DNA of 64,000 nucleotides from Leptogorgia sarmentosa (Eukaryota): NCBI GenBank assembly GCA_964658305.1, contig OZ210885.1, positions 496,001 to 560,000 of the forward strand, read 5' to 3'. Shown piece by piece: positions 1 to 12,085 of this stretch (position 1 is its first letter; each line of letters starts with the position of its first letter). The notes under the pieces were generated by a model. It saw only the letters and a program-made list of their open reading frames with translations, ran no database searches and was not told where the DNA came from. The position numbers and the translations under genes were made by a program.

Positions 1-170
1 TAACTTGGAATATTGGAGTGCGATGTTCGCATAGGTGGAAATTTCAAACGGAAATTTTTACGTTAATTTGTCATGAAAAAATGTAAAAAAAAAGATACGA
101 AAATGACGTCACGAAAATCCTTTTCAATTATGATTTTGTAAATTTTAGCCATATCTTCCATTTTAGGAAA

Positions 171-929
171 ATGGGGAAAGCTGCAATAGCGTTTCTTGTT
201 TTAACGACCTCGTTTGTTGTGTTCCAAGTTGCCATTGCTGCCACCGTAGGTGAGGGTCCAAAAAAAATATTGACAGACCTGAAAAACACATTCAGAAATG
301 CATACGGATCAGGCGGCGGGCAATATGCTGTCCTTTACATACACAAAGGTAACCCCATGGCTTCATCAGCAGCTCCAGTTTACGATGTCAGCAATGTTTG
401 TGGTGCTCCACCGAGAAGTAATTTTATTCGAGAGACAATAAAAGATTGGATGAGCGGAAAAGGCAAAGACGTTTACAGTATTACAGCAGAAGACTCCCCT
501 CTTTGGCCAAATTCGCTATTTGTTAAGCCCAATTTGGCCAGCTGTGAAAATGCCGACGCAGGTTTTACTTTGTATCCAAATGTTGCAACTGCAGGAAGGA
601 GAAAAACCCAGAGACCGCCAAACCCATCAAATAAGTTCCACAGTGAATATTTGTTGAAGAATGCGTTCAGTCAAATGATGTTATCTTACACGTACAAAGA
701 ACGTGAGTGTCCAGGTGCTGTTTTTCTGTACACGTTTCTTACACCTTGCGATTCTTGTAAAGATAGCGTTAAAAATATGGTCCATGATATCCGCATAAGC
801 AAAGCTCAAGGAAAATATTGCACAAACACACCATTTTACCTTGGTTACACAAACGTCTACGAAAAATGGGACAAAATAGAACCTTTTTTAAAGAAAGCAG
901 GCGCTACAATAATAGGGCCAATACAGTAA
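171..929 (+). CDS. Secreted AID/APOBEC-like (SNAD-like) zinc-dependent deaminase, 252 aa
   Basis: Hydrophobic N-terminal signal peptide (MGKAAIAFLVLTTSFVVFQVAIA). H157-S-E159 (nt 639-647), then the strand VFLYTFLT, P192-C-D-S-C196 (nt 744-758) and a later FYLGY strand: the deaminase-fold motif order. Splice acceptor (ttttag) just before the ATG implies an upstream 5'UTR exon; AATAAA at ~1060. Confidence 0.75.
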   Translation: MGKAAIAFLVLTTSFVVFQVAIAATVGEGPKKILTDLKNTFRNAYGSGGGQYAVLYIHKGNPMASSAAPVYDVSNVCGAPPRSNFIRETIKDWMSGKGKDVYSITAEDSPLWPNSLFVKPNLASCENADAGFTLYPNVATAGRRKTQRPPNPSNKFHSEYLLKNAFSQMMLSYTYKERECPGAVFLYTFLTPCDSCKDSVKNMVHDIRISKAQGKYCTNTPFYLGYTNVYEKWDKIEPFLKKAGATIIGPIQ

Positions 930-3191
930 ACATTGCAATTAAAAATATTTAACAATGTATGCTTCCATCTTATCTTATTCACCCATTATCCAGTCATTTA
1001 TGTGGAATGTGATACATGTAGCAAAATGATCTAATTGTAATATTTAGTGTAAGTGATACAATAAAGGCATTTGTTTCAACAGTTTTACGATTGTTTTATG
1101 AATTTGGAGAAATATTTCAGAGATCATATTAAAATAGAGTATGTCATATTAAATATAATTATTCCGAATCTGCATTTAACGTGGTCCCGCGATCCGGTGG
1201 ACAGATCCAATTTAATTTACCTCAATTTTTGTTCATTAGCTAACATTTAAATGAAAATATATTTTTATTGATTAGAACGATGTGTCTCGTATCGAATTCT
1301 GTGACGCTTTTATCGTTTCAGCAATATCCATTTATTGTTTTAGTACTTTTTATATTGTTTATCCCCTAAAAAGTTATTCATATCGAATTTCTGCATGTGT
1401 GGGGGCGATTCAAATTCAAGGCCTTCATTAAGAATTTTCCACTGAAGGGCAATTTTCGAAAAGGCTCTGAGATAATGTAAAGGTCAAGAGTAGTAGCTAT
1501 GCATGGTTAGAAGGGACTGGTTAGGGAATGACAATGTTCAGACTGGTCTATGGCAGTATATTTGAACAATAATTAGTCATAACTTATACTGTTAGATACA
1601 AAGGCACATTTAAAGAGTTTATGAAGGATATAGGTTGCTTATGCGTTGAAAGGGCCCTGTTCAAGTTTTGATTTGTTAATTGATTCATTGAAATTAATTC
1701 TAATAAACTGATCAATAGCGTAACAAACCAGTGTATTGGTTCTATTGCTGTTCTATTGATTATGCACAAACTAAAGATTTGGAAAACAAAATTGATTTTT
1801 TCTACTATTTATTTGACGCTCGGACACATTCAGTGAATAAATACTACAGTGTTTGTCTGCTCTGCTTATACAAGACGTTTTTGTACTGAAAGAGTTCAGT
1901 TTATAAATACATCATGCATATGTTCAAGACAATGTTCTTTCTCTTTAAACTAATGTTCTTCAACAAATTAAAAATTGTATAAATTTTAAAAACCCAGTGC
2001 GGTATATTCAGGCACAAATCGAATTCTGTGAAATTCAAACAAAATGAAATTCACAGAAAGAGTCCCACAACAACCACGCCTCAAGTTAGTGACGAATATA
2101 AATACGAAGACGTAACATAGCTTATTGGTTCAAATGCTACGACATTGCCCTTCGCTAAAGGACAAGGTGCTTATCACATATGGTCTAGGGGCCGATCTGC
2201 ATCTCTGAGTGCTCCTGAATGTCAAAGTCATACATTTGTACCGGCCAAGTGATAGCGGGCATCCCCGATGTGTTCCGGTTGCCTTAGTAAGTCCCTACTG
2301 GCGATCTACCAGACTCGTTCTGTACACTACACCCCCGATAACCGATTAACGCTCTGGTTGCACCATTCTGAATAGATTACGACCAGCGTGCTGCTGATTA
2401 GCTTATATTATATAATACCTCATTACATTCAGGTCGTTTGATTGGTTAATTATGGTCACGTGATATTGAATAGAAAGTTCCATTTCCCAAGAGTGCAATA
2501 GTATTCGTACTATTGCACTCCGTGTTTTCAGTAACTCCCATCCTTCAGAACGCTTTTCGGGACAGTGATCGCAGTTTATTTACCCCCGATTCTCGACGTC
2601 AGGTAAATGCCTCTCTCCTCCGCAGAGGCTTTTTATTACTTTTTATTACTGTTTATTATTAGTGCATGTGCGCTAGATCGTAAGGGCATGGCGGAAAACG
2701 AAGGAAAATGAAGAAAAAAGTGGAAACGCGGAGGAAAAGCCTCTGCTACATTTGGTTCGATTTCTGGGACAAAAGCTCGAAAAGTGGTACATCCTAATTT
2801 TTTTATTGCATTCCGAAGTTTTTTCTTCAGTAGCGAAAAATTTGGCGATACTTATTCAACCAATGATGTGATTTAACCGTTTAGTTATCATTTGTTGTTG
2901 TTCCTGTCGCAAAAATATGCAAATATGGATGACGATTCGAATCACGACGTTGACGTATTGAATGAATCCCTACATAATTTATCTTTGGAAGGTAAACTAT
3001 TATTTTTTGCTCTCGGGATTTATACTGTGAAGAGAGACTCCAACTTCGGCTGTTGCTGTAGCCATATTTCGCTATTCGTAGATTAGCAGCACTGTGTTAG
3101 CAGTTTACTTATATCCCCCAATTTTTTTTCTTTATGCGCCCCCCGGATGGACGCCATATTTGGAACCAAATGTAGCAGAGGCTTTTCCCTC

Positions 3192-4197
3192 GGAGATCGC
3201 TAGATGGTATACTCCAAAATAAGATATCCGCGACTGCTGTACATTCACGTCAGCGGTGATAGAAATTTCTATTGGCGTATTCACAAAATAAACCAGTCCC
3301 AAACCATAAATCTGACCCTAACCACGAGTCCCAAACCATAACCAAAGGTTAGGGTCAGATTTATGGTTTGAGACTGGTTTATTTTGTGAATACGCCAATA
3401 GAAATTTCTATCACCGCTGACGTAAATGTACAGCAGTCGCGGATATCTTATTTTGGAGTATACCCACTGAGCTATACTTAATATATCTGGAGATCGGGTC
3501 GTAATACAACGCCGTACAAAATAGTGTCGCCAAAAACATGGCGGATTTTAGCCAAATTTACGTCATTATGACGTAGTAAGTCCCCTATTTCAGGGGACTA
3601 ACCACTGACCAAATAACATTGCCGAAAGTGAGCAGTTTTCTCACCCCCCTGTCTGAAAATAAAATACTAAAATACCAGCTAATATCACGTCAAAGTTTTA
3701 AATTCAAAACAATATTTCGTTGAATTTTGTTGATTATCAACATGCCGCGTTTTTGCACACATAGTTGGCGACGGTCGGTCACTTATTTGCTGAACTACAT
3801 TTAATTTCAGCAATTTTCAGATAAATTACGGATGCCACAACTCCTTTGTCAAGTCCTCTTTAATCAATCGCGTTCGGTATTTATAGGCGCGTACATCGAC
3901 AAATACAACAATATATTTTTGAGATGTAAGAGAATTTTAATACTTTATCTCAATTCTTTGAAAAAGTATCAAAACAGCAATGCAGTATATATTTATATAT
4001 AAAATCGTACCGTAAAATCCAGGGAGGGTTGGAAACGGCGCCTGCACACACTTCAACTGTGGTCAGTAATTACCATCATGAGAATAGGGGACGTGTGACG
4101 TAAAATCCGCCATGTTTTTGGCGACACTTCAAAGTGGAGAGCCCGATCTCCAGATATATTAAGTATAGCTCAGTGAGTATACCATCTGGCGATCTCC
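3192..4197. mobile_element. Second MULE-like non-autonomous element, inserted in the right TIR of the first
   Basis: TIRs ggagatcgc(t/c)agatggtatac...actgagctatacttaatatatctggagatcggg; 10-bp TSD cttttccctc at 3182-3191 and 4198-4207. Confidence 0.85.
3207..3464. mobile_element. Near-perfect palindromic MITE inserted at a TA/TATA site
   Basis: ~115-bp arms (ctccaaaataagatatccgcgactgctgtac... / ...gtacagcagtcgcggatatcttattttggag) around a short loop; it interrupts the left TIR of the 3192-4197 element. Confidence 0.85.
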
Positions 4198-5576
4198 CTT
4201 TTCCCTCGCTTTTCCTCCGCGTTTCCACTTTTCCTTTCGCTTTTCCTCCGCGTTTCCACTTTTTTCTTCATTTTCCTTCATTTTCCGCTTTTTCGTCTAT
4301 GCTATGCCCTTACGATCTAGCGCACATGCACTAATAATAAACAGTAATAAAGATAATAAAAAGTAATAAAAAGCCTCTGCGGAGGAGAGAGGGTAAATGC
4401 GATTTATGTTGTCAAAATATACCAAAATGGCGGCAGCTTGCAATAAACCTTTTATTATTTTGGTATTATATAAAACAAATAATGAATGTTTTTATTCGTA
4501 CAATGGTAAGAATATTTTCATTCGGTGAAAGATGGAATGTTCTACTCAACTCGGCTTCGCCTCGTTGAATAAAACATTCCATCTTTCACCTCATGAAAAT
4601 ATTCTTACCATTGCACTCATAAACATTCATTATTTGTATACCATTACAGACCTCACTAATTAGCTTATACCATTACGGACCTCACTAATATTGGCGAATT
4701 CACACAGGCTTTCAATAATTTCTACATGACATTAGCATAAGAAACAAGAAACAACGCATGTTTCGAAGTCAAATCAAAACCGAAAAAATGCAATAAAAAT
4801 ACTATTGAATCCTACCTTTTCGCGGACTAAGGCTAGACCAGCTTGCAACTGCTTGGACGGTGCGATGGCTGGTTTCTTTCTTAAAATATATAGAAGACAA
4901 AATTAGTTGGCAAAATTACAATTCGAATTGTTATGGTCGAAATATTTCAATCTGAATTGCTTCTAAACTCATTTTAAATCCTTATCGTTTGTAGGAAAGA
5001 AAACCAAAAGGTTCAACAACGTAAAACACGATTAAAACATTCAAGAATGATTCATATCAAGCTCGCAAATGCAACAGAAAAGCCATTTCGGCGCCTTTGC
5101 AAGAGCCCTTCGTGCGCACGGAAATTTCGCACGGCAAATTTAAACGGCAAAACTGCCTGAAAATGCTGTAAAAATATCTGAATTTTACCTTATTTGAGAT
5201 TGAGACCATGTCATCTGTCATTCTTATCGAAAGAAAGAAAAGAAAAAACATTTTAACAAACAATAAATCAAGAAACGTAGTACGAAGTAGGTTGGGAATT
5301 AGCGCAGAGCGACAAACAACAAAAATATACAAACAACTAAACGCAGAATGTGAATTTCTACCATTTTCAGGAAAGCAGCTATGCTTTCCAACCAAATTTT
5401 TGACATCATATGCAACTTCTCATCATTTTTGACTGGCTTTTTCCACGGTGAAGACTCGAAAATTTCAAACTGTTCGACTGAGTTTCAAAAATTCAAACAG
5501 TGGCAGGGGGTGGGAAGATGGGAGGGAGCCAGCCTAGTAGCTGCGACAAATTGATCATAAAATGGATCAAGTGTTA

Positions 5577-7373
5577 GGGGCTGTTTTCATGGAGAAACTT
5601 CAGCCCGGACAGGGATTTCATCCCGGCTGTTGACGCATGGAAAAGAGTAGAATAATTTGAATAAGACACACAAAGTGTATACAGTGCGACCCACGGTATT
5701 AGTTTGGTACGATATTACATGTTTGGAGGATTAAACATAATACGGGTGAATTTTGTTTGGTTCATGGTAGAAACAATATTGCAATGATTACATTTCATAC
5801 TAGTCACGTGACAGCAAAATCCAGGTGTTCCTCCATAAAAGAGGTGGTCCACGCTATTAGTTTCATAAATTGCCGAGCAATATGGGAAGTAGAAAAGACC
5901 TAACCTGAGCCAAGAAAGCCATTATTATGAAAGAAATAGCAAAAACCAACACTACAAAAGCAATTTTTGAAAGATTTGATGGTCATGTTGTGACAATGAC
6001 AAGATTTTTGCAAAATCCATTCTTCAAGTGGAAATTTCATGCTGATCGAAGCTATTAAAGCCAATTTCAAAGCAGGATACGAGTTGAGCAACGAGTAAGT
6101 TGCGTAAAATGCCTCCAACAGCAACTGGAAAATTTTCCAAGATAGTTGGTCCTCTCGATGTTCCAAAAACCACTCCCAATCGTGGACCTGCGAAGACAGG
6201 TTCCATGGAGTAAATGAAGAATTGTTGACCTTTCACTGCTAGACACGATCAATTGAGGATGGAATGGGCGAGAAAATATATGAGGACGAACACAATGTTT
6301 GTTCTTTTCACTGACGAATGAAGGCCGACACTGGATGGTCCAGATGACTGGAGTAAAGGATGGAATGAAGAATGCGCTAAGGGGATGAGACGCCAACATG
6401 GTGTTGGAGGATTATGAACAGTAGTGGAAGCATCACAGATGCACTCATTGGTCCCTTCCGTGTACCTGAAGGTCAGAAGTTGTCTTCTGCTACGTATTGC
6501 CCTTACCTGAAGAAATCCCTTGAGTCACGGTTGGATAAACTTCCTTTAGCAACATTGAAGAAGATTACCTTAAAGCATGTCATATGCAGCAAAGACAACA
6601 ACGGAATCCCTTCAGTCGTTTGGTTTTGTGAACAAAATCGTAATGGTTTGGCAACTAAACTCGCCAAATTTGAACCCAATTGAGAACTTGTGGTGGATAA
6701 TAAAGCGTCATGTTTATATCATCTAGATGGAACCCATCTTGGCAGGTCCACGATTGCGAGTGGTTTTTGCAACATCGACCAGACCAGCTTTCTTGGAAAA
6801 TTTTCCACTTGCTGCTGGAAGCATTTTACGCAAATTACTCGTTGCTCAACTCGTATCCTGCTTCGAAATTGGCTTTAATAGCTTCGATCAGCATGAAATT
6901 TCCACTTGAAGAATGGATTTTGCAAAAATCTTGTCATTGTCACAACATGACCATCAAATCTTTCAAAAATTGCTTTTGTAGTGTTGGTTTTTGCTATTTC
7001 TTTCATAATAATGGCTTTCTTGGCTCAGGTTAGGTCTTTTCTACTTCTCATATTGCTCGGCGATTTATGAAACTAATAGCGTGGACCACCTCTTTTATGG
7101 AGGAACACCTGGATTTTGTTGTCACGTGACTAATATGAAATGTAATCATTGCAATATTATTTCTACCATGAACCAAACAAAATTCACCTTTATTATGTTT
7201 AATTTTCCTCATATGTAATGTACAATGTACTAATATCATACCAAACTAATACCGTGGGTCGCACTGTATTAATATATTATCTTTGGTTATTCAAATTATC
7301 TCCTCTTTTCAATCCGTCAACAGCCGGGCTGAAATGCCTGCCCGGGCTGAAAATTCTCCATGTAATCAGCCTC
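5577..7373. mobile_element. MITE split by the Tc1 insertion
   Basis: Left arm ggggctgttttcatggagaaacttcagcccgg... (~5577-5665) is an imperfect inverted repeat of ...cccgggctgaaaattctccatgtaatcagcc (~7285-7373). Confidence 0.65.
5682..7266 (+). mobile_element. Defective Tc1/mariner element with ~530-bp inverted arms and a transposase remnant
   Basis: TA-CAGTGCGACCCACGG...CCGTGGGTCGCACTG-TA termini. The core encodes disrupted DDE transposase motifs LFxTDE*RPTLDGPDDW (~6300-6350), LIGPFRVPEG (~6445) and SPNLNPIENLW-WIIKRHVY (~6660-6717). Arms ~5682-6206 and ~6727-7266 are inverted copies. Confidence 0.9.
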
Positions 7374-7378
7374 TTCTT

Positions 7379-7696
7379 CAGTGGCGTAACGGAGGGGTGT
7401 CAGGGTGTCCAGTGACAGGGGGCCCCCGAACTTTATGGGCCCCCGACAAAATGAACATAAAAAATTGATAGCACATTTCTGGGGAATTCAAATACGAAAA
7501 ACAGACAGATAGGCAGGTTTGGAAGAGAGAAGCGAAATTCATTAAATTCAAATTCGGGTTCGAGTCTATTCTGTAACAAAGTGAGGTTTGCCGTTGTGTA
7601 GACATAAGTGGTAAATTCAGCCTACTAATTAGTGGAGAAAAGGGGCCCCAAAGTGGTCGACTGTCGGAGGGCCCCAGAGGTTGCGTTACGCCACTG
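7379..7696. mobile_element. hAT-type MITE
   Basis: TIRs cagtggcgtaacg / cgttacgccactg; 8-bp TSD ctcttctt at 7371-7378 and 7697-7704. Confidence 0.9.
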
Positions 7697-7939
7697 CTCT
7701 TCTTGTTACTATTGTCAGGGCTGGCGCTAGGACGTTTATTGGGGGGCGGGGGGGGGGGGCAAATTCATATCCTGACGTTCTGCTGACAGATTTCGTTTGA
7801 AATCAGTCGTTCATGAAATAATTTCAAAAGAAATCAGTCGGCAGAGCGCCAAAATATATGAATATGGACACCCCTCCCCTACTTAACGTTCTAGTTAGGG
7901 CCCTCTCAGTTGTACATAGGTTTTAAATTTAAAACATTA

Positions 7940-9740
7940 TGCTTGTATTTATTTTGTTAGTGTAATATATAATAAGTACTGACTGAAACCCTTCTGTTCT
8001 TCTGGCTTTCCGATCTTCATCTAATGTGCTCTGTTCACGCACACCATAGGTTTCGAAATTACAGAAGCTTATTAGCTTATTAACTCTAATTAATGACATT
8101 TAATGACTTATTAGCTTACTAATGACAAAACATGACTATCGCCAACCATTGAAGTAAATTTAATCCCATCCTTTGAAATAAAACTGAACTATCGATATTA
8201 ATAAAAGTGGCGAAGTAAAAAAGTCACGTAGCATTCCTGAGCGAGCCGTGTTTTCGCCGTTTGCCGCAAATACGTGCGGAATGTTAACCATCATATCATT
8301 TTAATCGATGTTATCGGTCAGAAGTGGTTAAAGTGCATGGCTATAATTTTATCTATGTGCTTGATAAACTACACTAACCAGTTGGTTCCCGTTCGACACC
8401 TTAATAGGCAAAAATTTGAATTGATTCGTAATTCTTTTGCATCATGAGAATCTTTTGGGCATATATATCGCGTTTCTGGTATTTTATCTATTTTCTCACT
8501 GAGGTAATTCAGGGATGTTGTTACCCCATGTAACACAGCAATATTTTAGTGCATGTTGATACAGATATCAATGATAAGTTCGAGCTTTGTATAACCTTAT
8601 TTGTGGCATTTTAAATAATTTACTGAAGATCGATGTAAAGCGGCATTCATGCATACATACTAGCATACTGCATTTATGTCGTCCATAAAGAATAGAAGAA
8701 AAAGAGAAATTTTGGTTTTCTCATTCTTGTAGCTACTTTGTATATTTAGTTTCCGTAATTTGTTTAAATTCCAATTCTTTATCTAAATCAATGCCTAGTT
8801 AAACGTGCAAGGTTAACTTTCCAACCGAGACTTCACCACAGGACCGGACGCACAGGGGAGGAGACAACATATTATAATATAGCGTCTTTTGTCCAAGTAA
8901 ATAAACCCCCAAACCGTCAAGAATCTTTTTATTTACTGTAATATTAATATATTGCCACGTTCACAGCTAAAACCTCTTTTTACGAGGTTGAAGAAATTCC
9001 GCATAATTTGGCATATAGGCAGTTTGAAGACCGATTTCTCACGATGCGCCATCATGGGTGGCGATGGAAGATCGATGTAAAGCGGTATTCATATATACAT
9101 ACTAACATACTGCATTTATGTCGTCCATAAAGAATAGAAGAAAAAGAGAAATTTTGATTTTCTCAATCTTGTACTTTGTATATTTAGTTTCCGTAATTTT
9201 TTTAAATTGCAATTCTTTATATCAAACCGTCAATCTATCAATCGGTAGATTATGAATGGACCAATCACAAAAGTTTACAACGTTGCTTTCTTAACAAATG
9301 TGCCCGAGAAAAAATGTACATATTTCATTGGTTCTATTTCGCCGACTTATATTAAATTAAATCAGCCCTACCACCCACATCCATCCATCTGCCTTACACG
9401 AATGAAATGATTTCAAATAGCCAGGAAAATAACTGACATGGCGCATACTTGGTTCTATTTCATCGCCGTTTGAAAGCTCATATCAGTATTGTATAGACAC
9501 TAAATATAGAGACTGATCGAAAAAACAATATCGCTCATTATCTATGCGATAGCATTATATTGGAAAAAAAATAACACGATAGCTGGTCACGTATCAGATA
9601 CAAAGGTCACAGTGTGATTCCAAGGTCAGGGTGTACGTCTGTATCCGACCACAGAAGTCTCTGGAAGACTCATAGCACATTGCCTGTCCTTTAGATATTA
9701 CTATTAAATGTACTGCGCATTGTTAGGTTCAAAAAAGAAG
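7940..9740 (+). repeat. Local non-coding duplication of the LOX upstream region (matches ~11115-13040 and ~10510-10770)
   Basis: Long near-identical blocks, e.g. tgaaacccttctgttc...ctggctttccgatcttcatctaatgtgctctg (~7985/11150), aacgtgcaaggttaactttccaaccgagacttcacc (~8802/10517) and gtatcagatacaaaggtcacagtgtgattcc (~9591/12892). Confidence 0.9.
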
Positions 9741-12085
9741 GGGGAAACTGTATCAGTGTGGCACTGGACAAACACAATGCTATAGTTAAACCATTAAATT
9801 TTAATAAAATGCAAAACGTTTTGAAAATTTGTAAGACTGAGCTTTTAAATCGATAAAAATCTCATAAACGCTACGTTTCCAACAACACTTACTAAGCTTC
9901 TCGCAAACTAGTACCTCGAACCTAAACGATTAACCAGACCAATTGAAAGTGAATATATGTGAAGTTTAAATCATACAGCTGAACGTATCAGCGTAACTGT
10001 CCAAACTGGAACCGTAGGACGTATATTTGAACCATTTTAAAATGCAATGTTTTAATCTCATTTCATCATTACACTCATCCGGCCGAGGTATCAAGAATTA
10101 GTTTCAACTTATTCTGATATTGAAAAGTGGCAAGTGAGGGCAATATTACATAGCGTCTAATGTGCTGTAATAAATCATCTCCAAGTCAAGTATTCTGTAT
10201 GAAGACGTAATGGGCGCACCGCGACTCTAAGCATACAGTAGATATATTGAACATTAAGTAATAAATGTTAGAACAATCAAAGACATGTTTAAAATTTAAT
10301 TTGGAAGATCAAATCGTAATTTTAAAAGTAGTCTTCAACTTTCATCATTTTTATGCAACGACATGTTTAAAATTTAATTTGGAAGATCAAATCGTAATTT
10401 AAAAAGCAGTGTTCAACTTTCATCATTTTTTATGCAACTGGTCAAATGCTACATCAAATTCAACGAATTAAGCATTGAATTGTTGGAAAACTGAGCTATA
10501 AATCAATGCATAGTTGAACGTGCAAGGTTAACTTTCCAACCGAGACTTCACCACAGGACCGGACGCACAGGGGAGGAGAAAACATATTATAATATAGCGT
10601 CTTTTGTCCAAGTAAATAAACCCCCAAACCGTCAAGAATCTTTTTATTTACTGTAATATTAATATATTGCCACGTTTACAGCTAAAACCTGTTTTTGCGA
10701 GGTTGAAGAAATTCCGCATAATTTGGCATATAGGCAGTTTGAAGACCGATTTCTCACGAAGCGCCTCATGGTTGGCGCCGAGCGGAAAATTTTGAACATG
10801 TAGAACCTCGAGACCGGCAGAAATGGCCATTTCTTTTTATTGATTTAGTCGTTTCCGCCGCTCTCGATATTGAAAATGTTCAAAATTTTCCGCTCGGCGC
10901 CAATCCTGGTGGTGGGAGTGGTTAGAACCACAGGACGCAATATCGTAGCGTCGTTTCTCCTTTAAATGAGCCTCCCAACCGGCGAAGTATTTTATTTACT
11001 GTGTCATTACCAAACTGAACGAACCTTATTAAGGCTGAAGAAGACCTCCACCTCATTTGCCACGGTAAGTTTCAGTTAACGTTTGCAATTTCTGAATTTA
11101 ATACATTATACGTGTATTTATTCTGTTAGTGTAATATATAATAAGTACCTGAAACCCTTCTGTTCTTCTGGCTTTCCGATCTTCATCTAATGTGCTCTGT
11201 TTCGAAATTACAGAAGCTTATTAACTCTAATTAATTACATTTAATGACTTATTAGCTTATATATTAATGACAAAACGTGACTATCACCAACCATTGAATT
11301 AAAGTTAATCCCATCATTTGAAATAAAACTGAACTATCAATATTAATAAAAGTGGCGAAGTAAAAAAGTCACGTAGCATTCCTGAGCGAGCCGTGTTTTC
11401 GCCATTTGCCGCAAATAGGTGCGGAATGTTGACCATCATATCATTTTAACCGATGTTATCGGTCAGAACTACAGTAACCAGTTGCTTCCCGTAAGACACC
11501 TTGATAGGCAAAATTTTGAATTGATTCGTAATTCATTTGCATCATGAGAATCTTTTGGGCAGAGCTATTATATATATCGCGTTTCTGGTATTTTATCTAT
11601 TTTCCCACTGAGGCAATTCAGGCCTGTTGTTACCCCATGTAACACAGCAATATTTTAGTGCATGTTGATACAGATGTCAATGAGTTCGAGCTTTGTATAA
11701 CCTTATTTGTAGCATTTTAAATAATTTACTGAAGATCGATGTAAAGAGGCATTCATACATACATACTAGCATACTGCATTTATGTCGTCCATAAAGAATA
11801 GAAGAAAAAGAGAAATTTTGATTTTCTCATTCTTGTACTTTGTATAGTTAGTTTCCGTAATTTGTTTAAATTCCAATTCTTAAATCTATAAATCGGTAGC
11901 TAGATTATGAATTGACCAATCACAAAGGTTTACAACGTTGCTTTCTTATGATTTTAATGATTTTAAATAGCCAGGAAAATAACTGACATGGCGCATACTT
12001 GGTTCTATTTCATCGCCTTTTGAAGACTTAGTATTGTATAGACACTAAATATAGAGACTGATCGAAAAAACAATATCGCTCATTA

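Larger units (their letters stand above)
2611..4391. mobile_element. Non-autonomous TIR transposon, Mutator/MULE-like
   Basis: ~150-bp TIRs starting ctctctcctccgcagaggc / gcctctgcggaggagagag; 9-bp TSD ggtaaatgc at 2602-2610 and 4392-4400. Confidence 0.85.
2404..4640. mobile_element. Non-autonomous element with a 5' tgattgg box and a 3' terminal hairpin (possibly Crypton-like); host of nested insertions
   Basis: Starts with 'tataatacctcattacattcaggtcgtttgattgg' and ends in a ~160-bp imperfect hairpin (~4476-4640) centred on ctcggcttcgcctcg. An internally deleted copy of the same family lies at ~44448-44653. Confidence 0.6.

Noticed and set aside
5900..7033. Two ORFs on opposite strands (5900-6166 and 6710-7033) with near-identical peptides
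   Set aside because: By-product of the inverted arms of the defective Tc1 element, not host genes.
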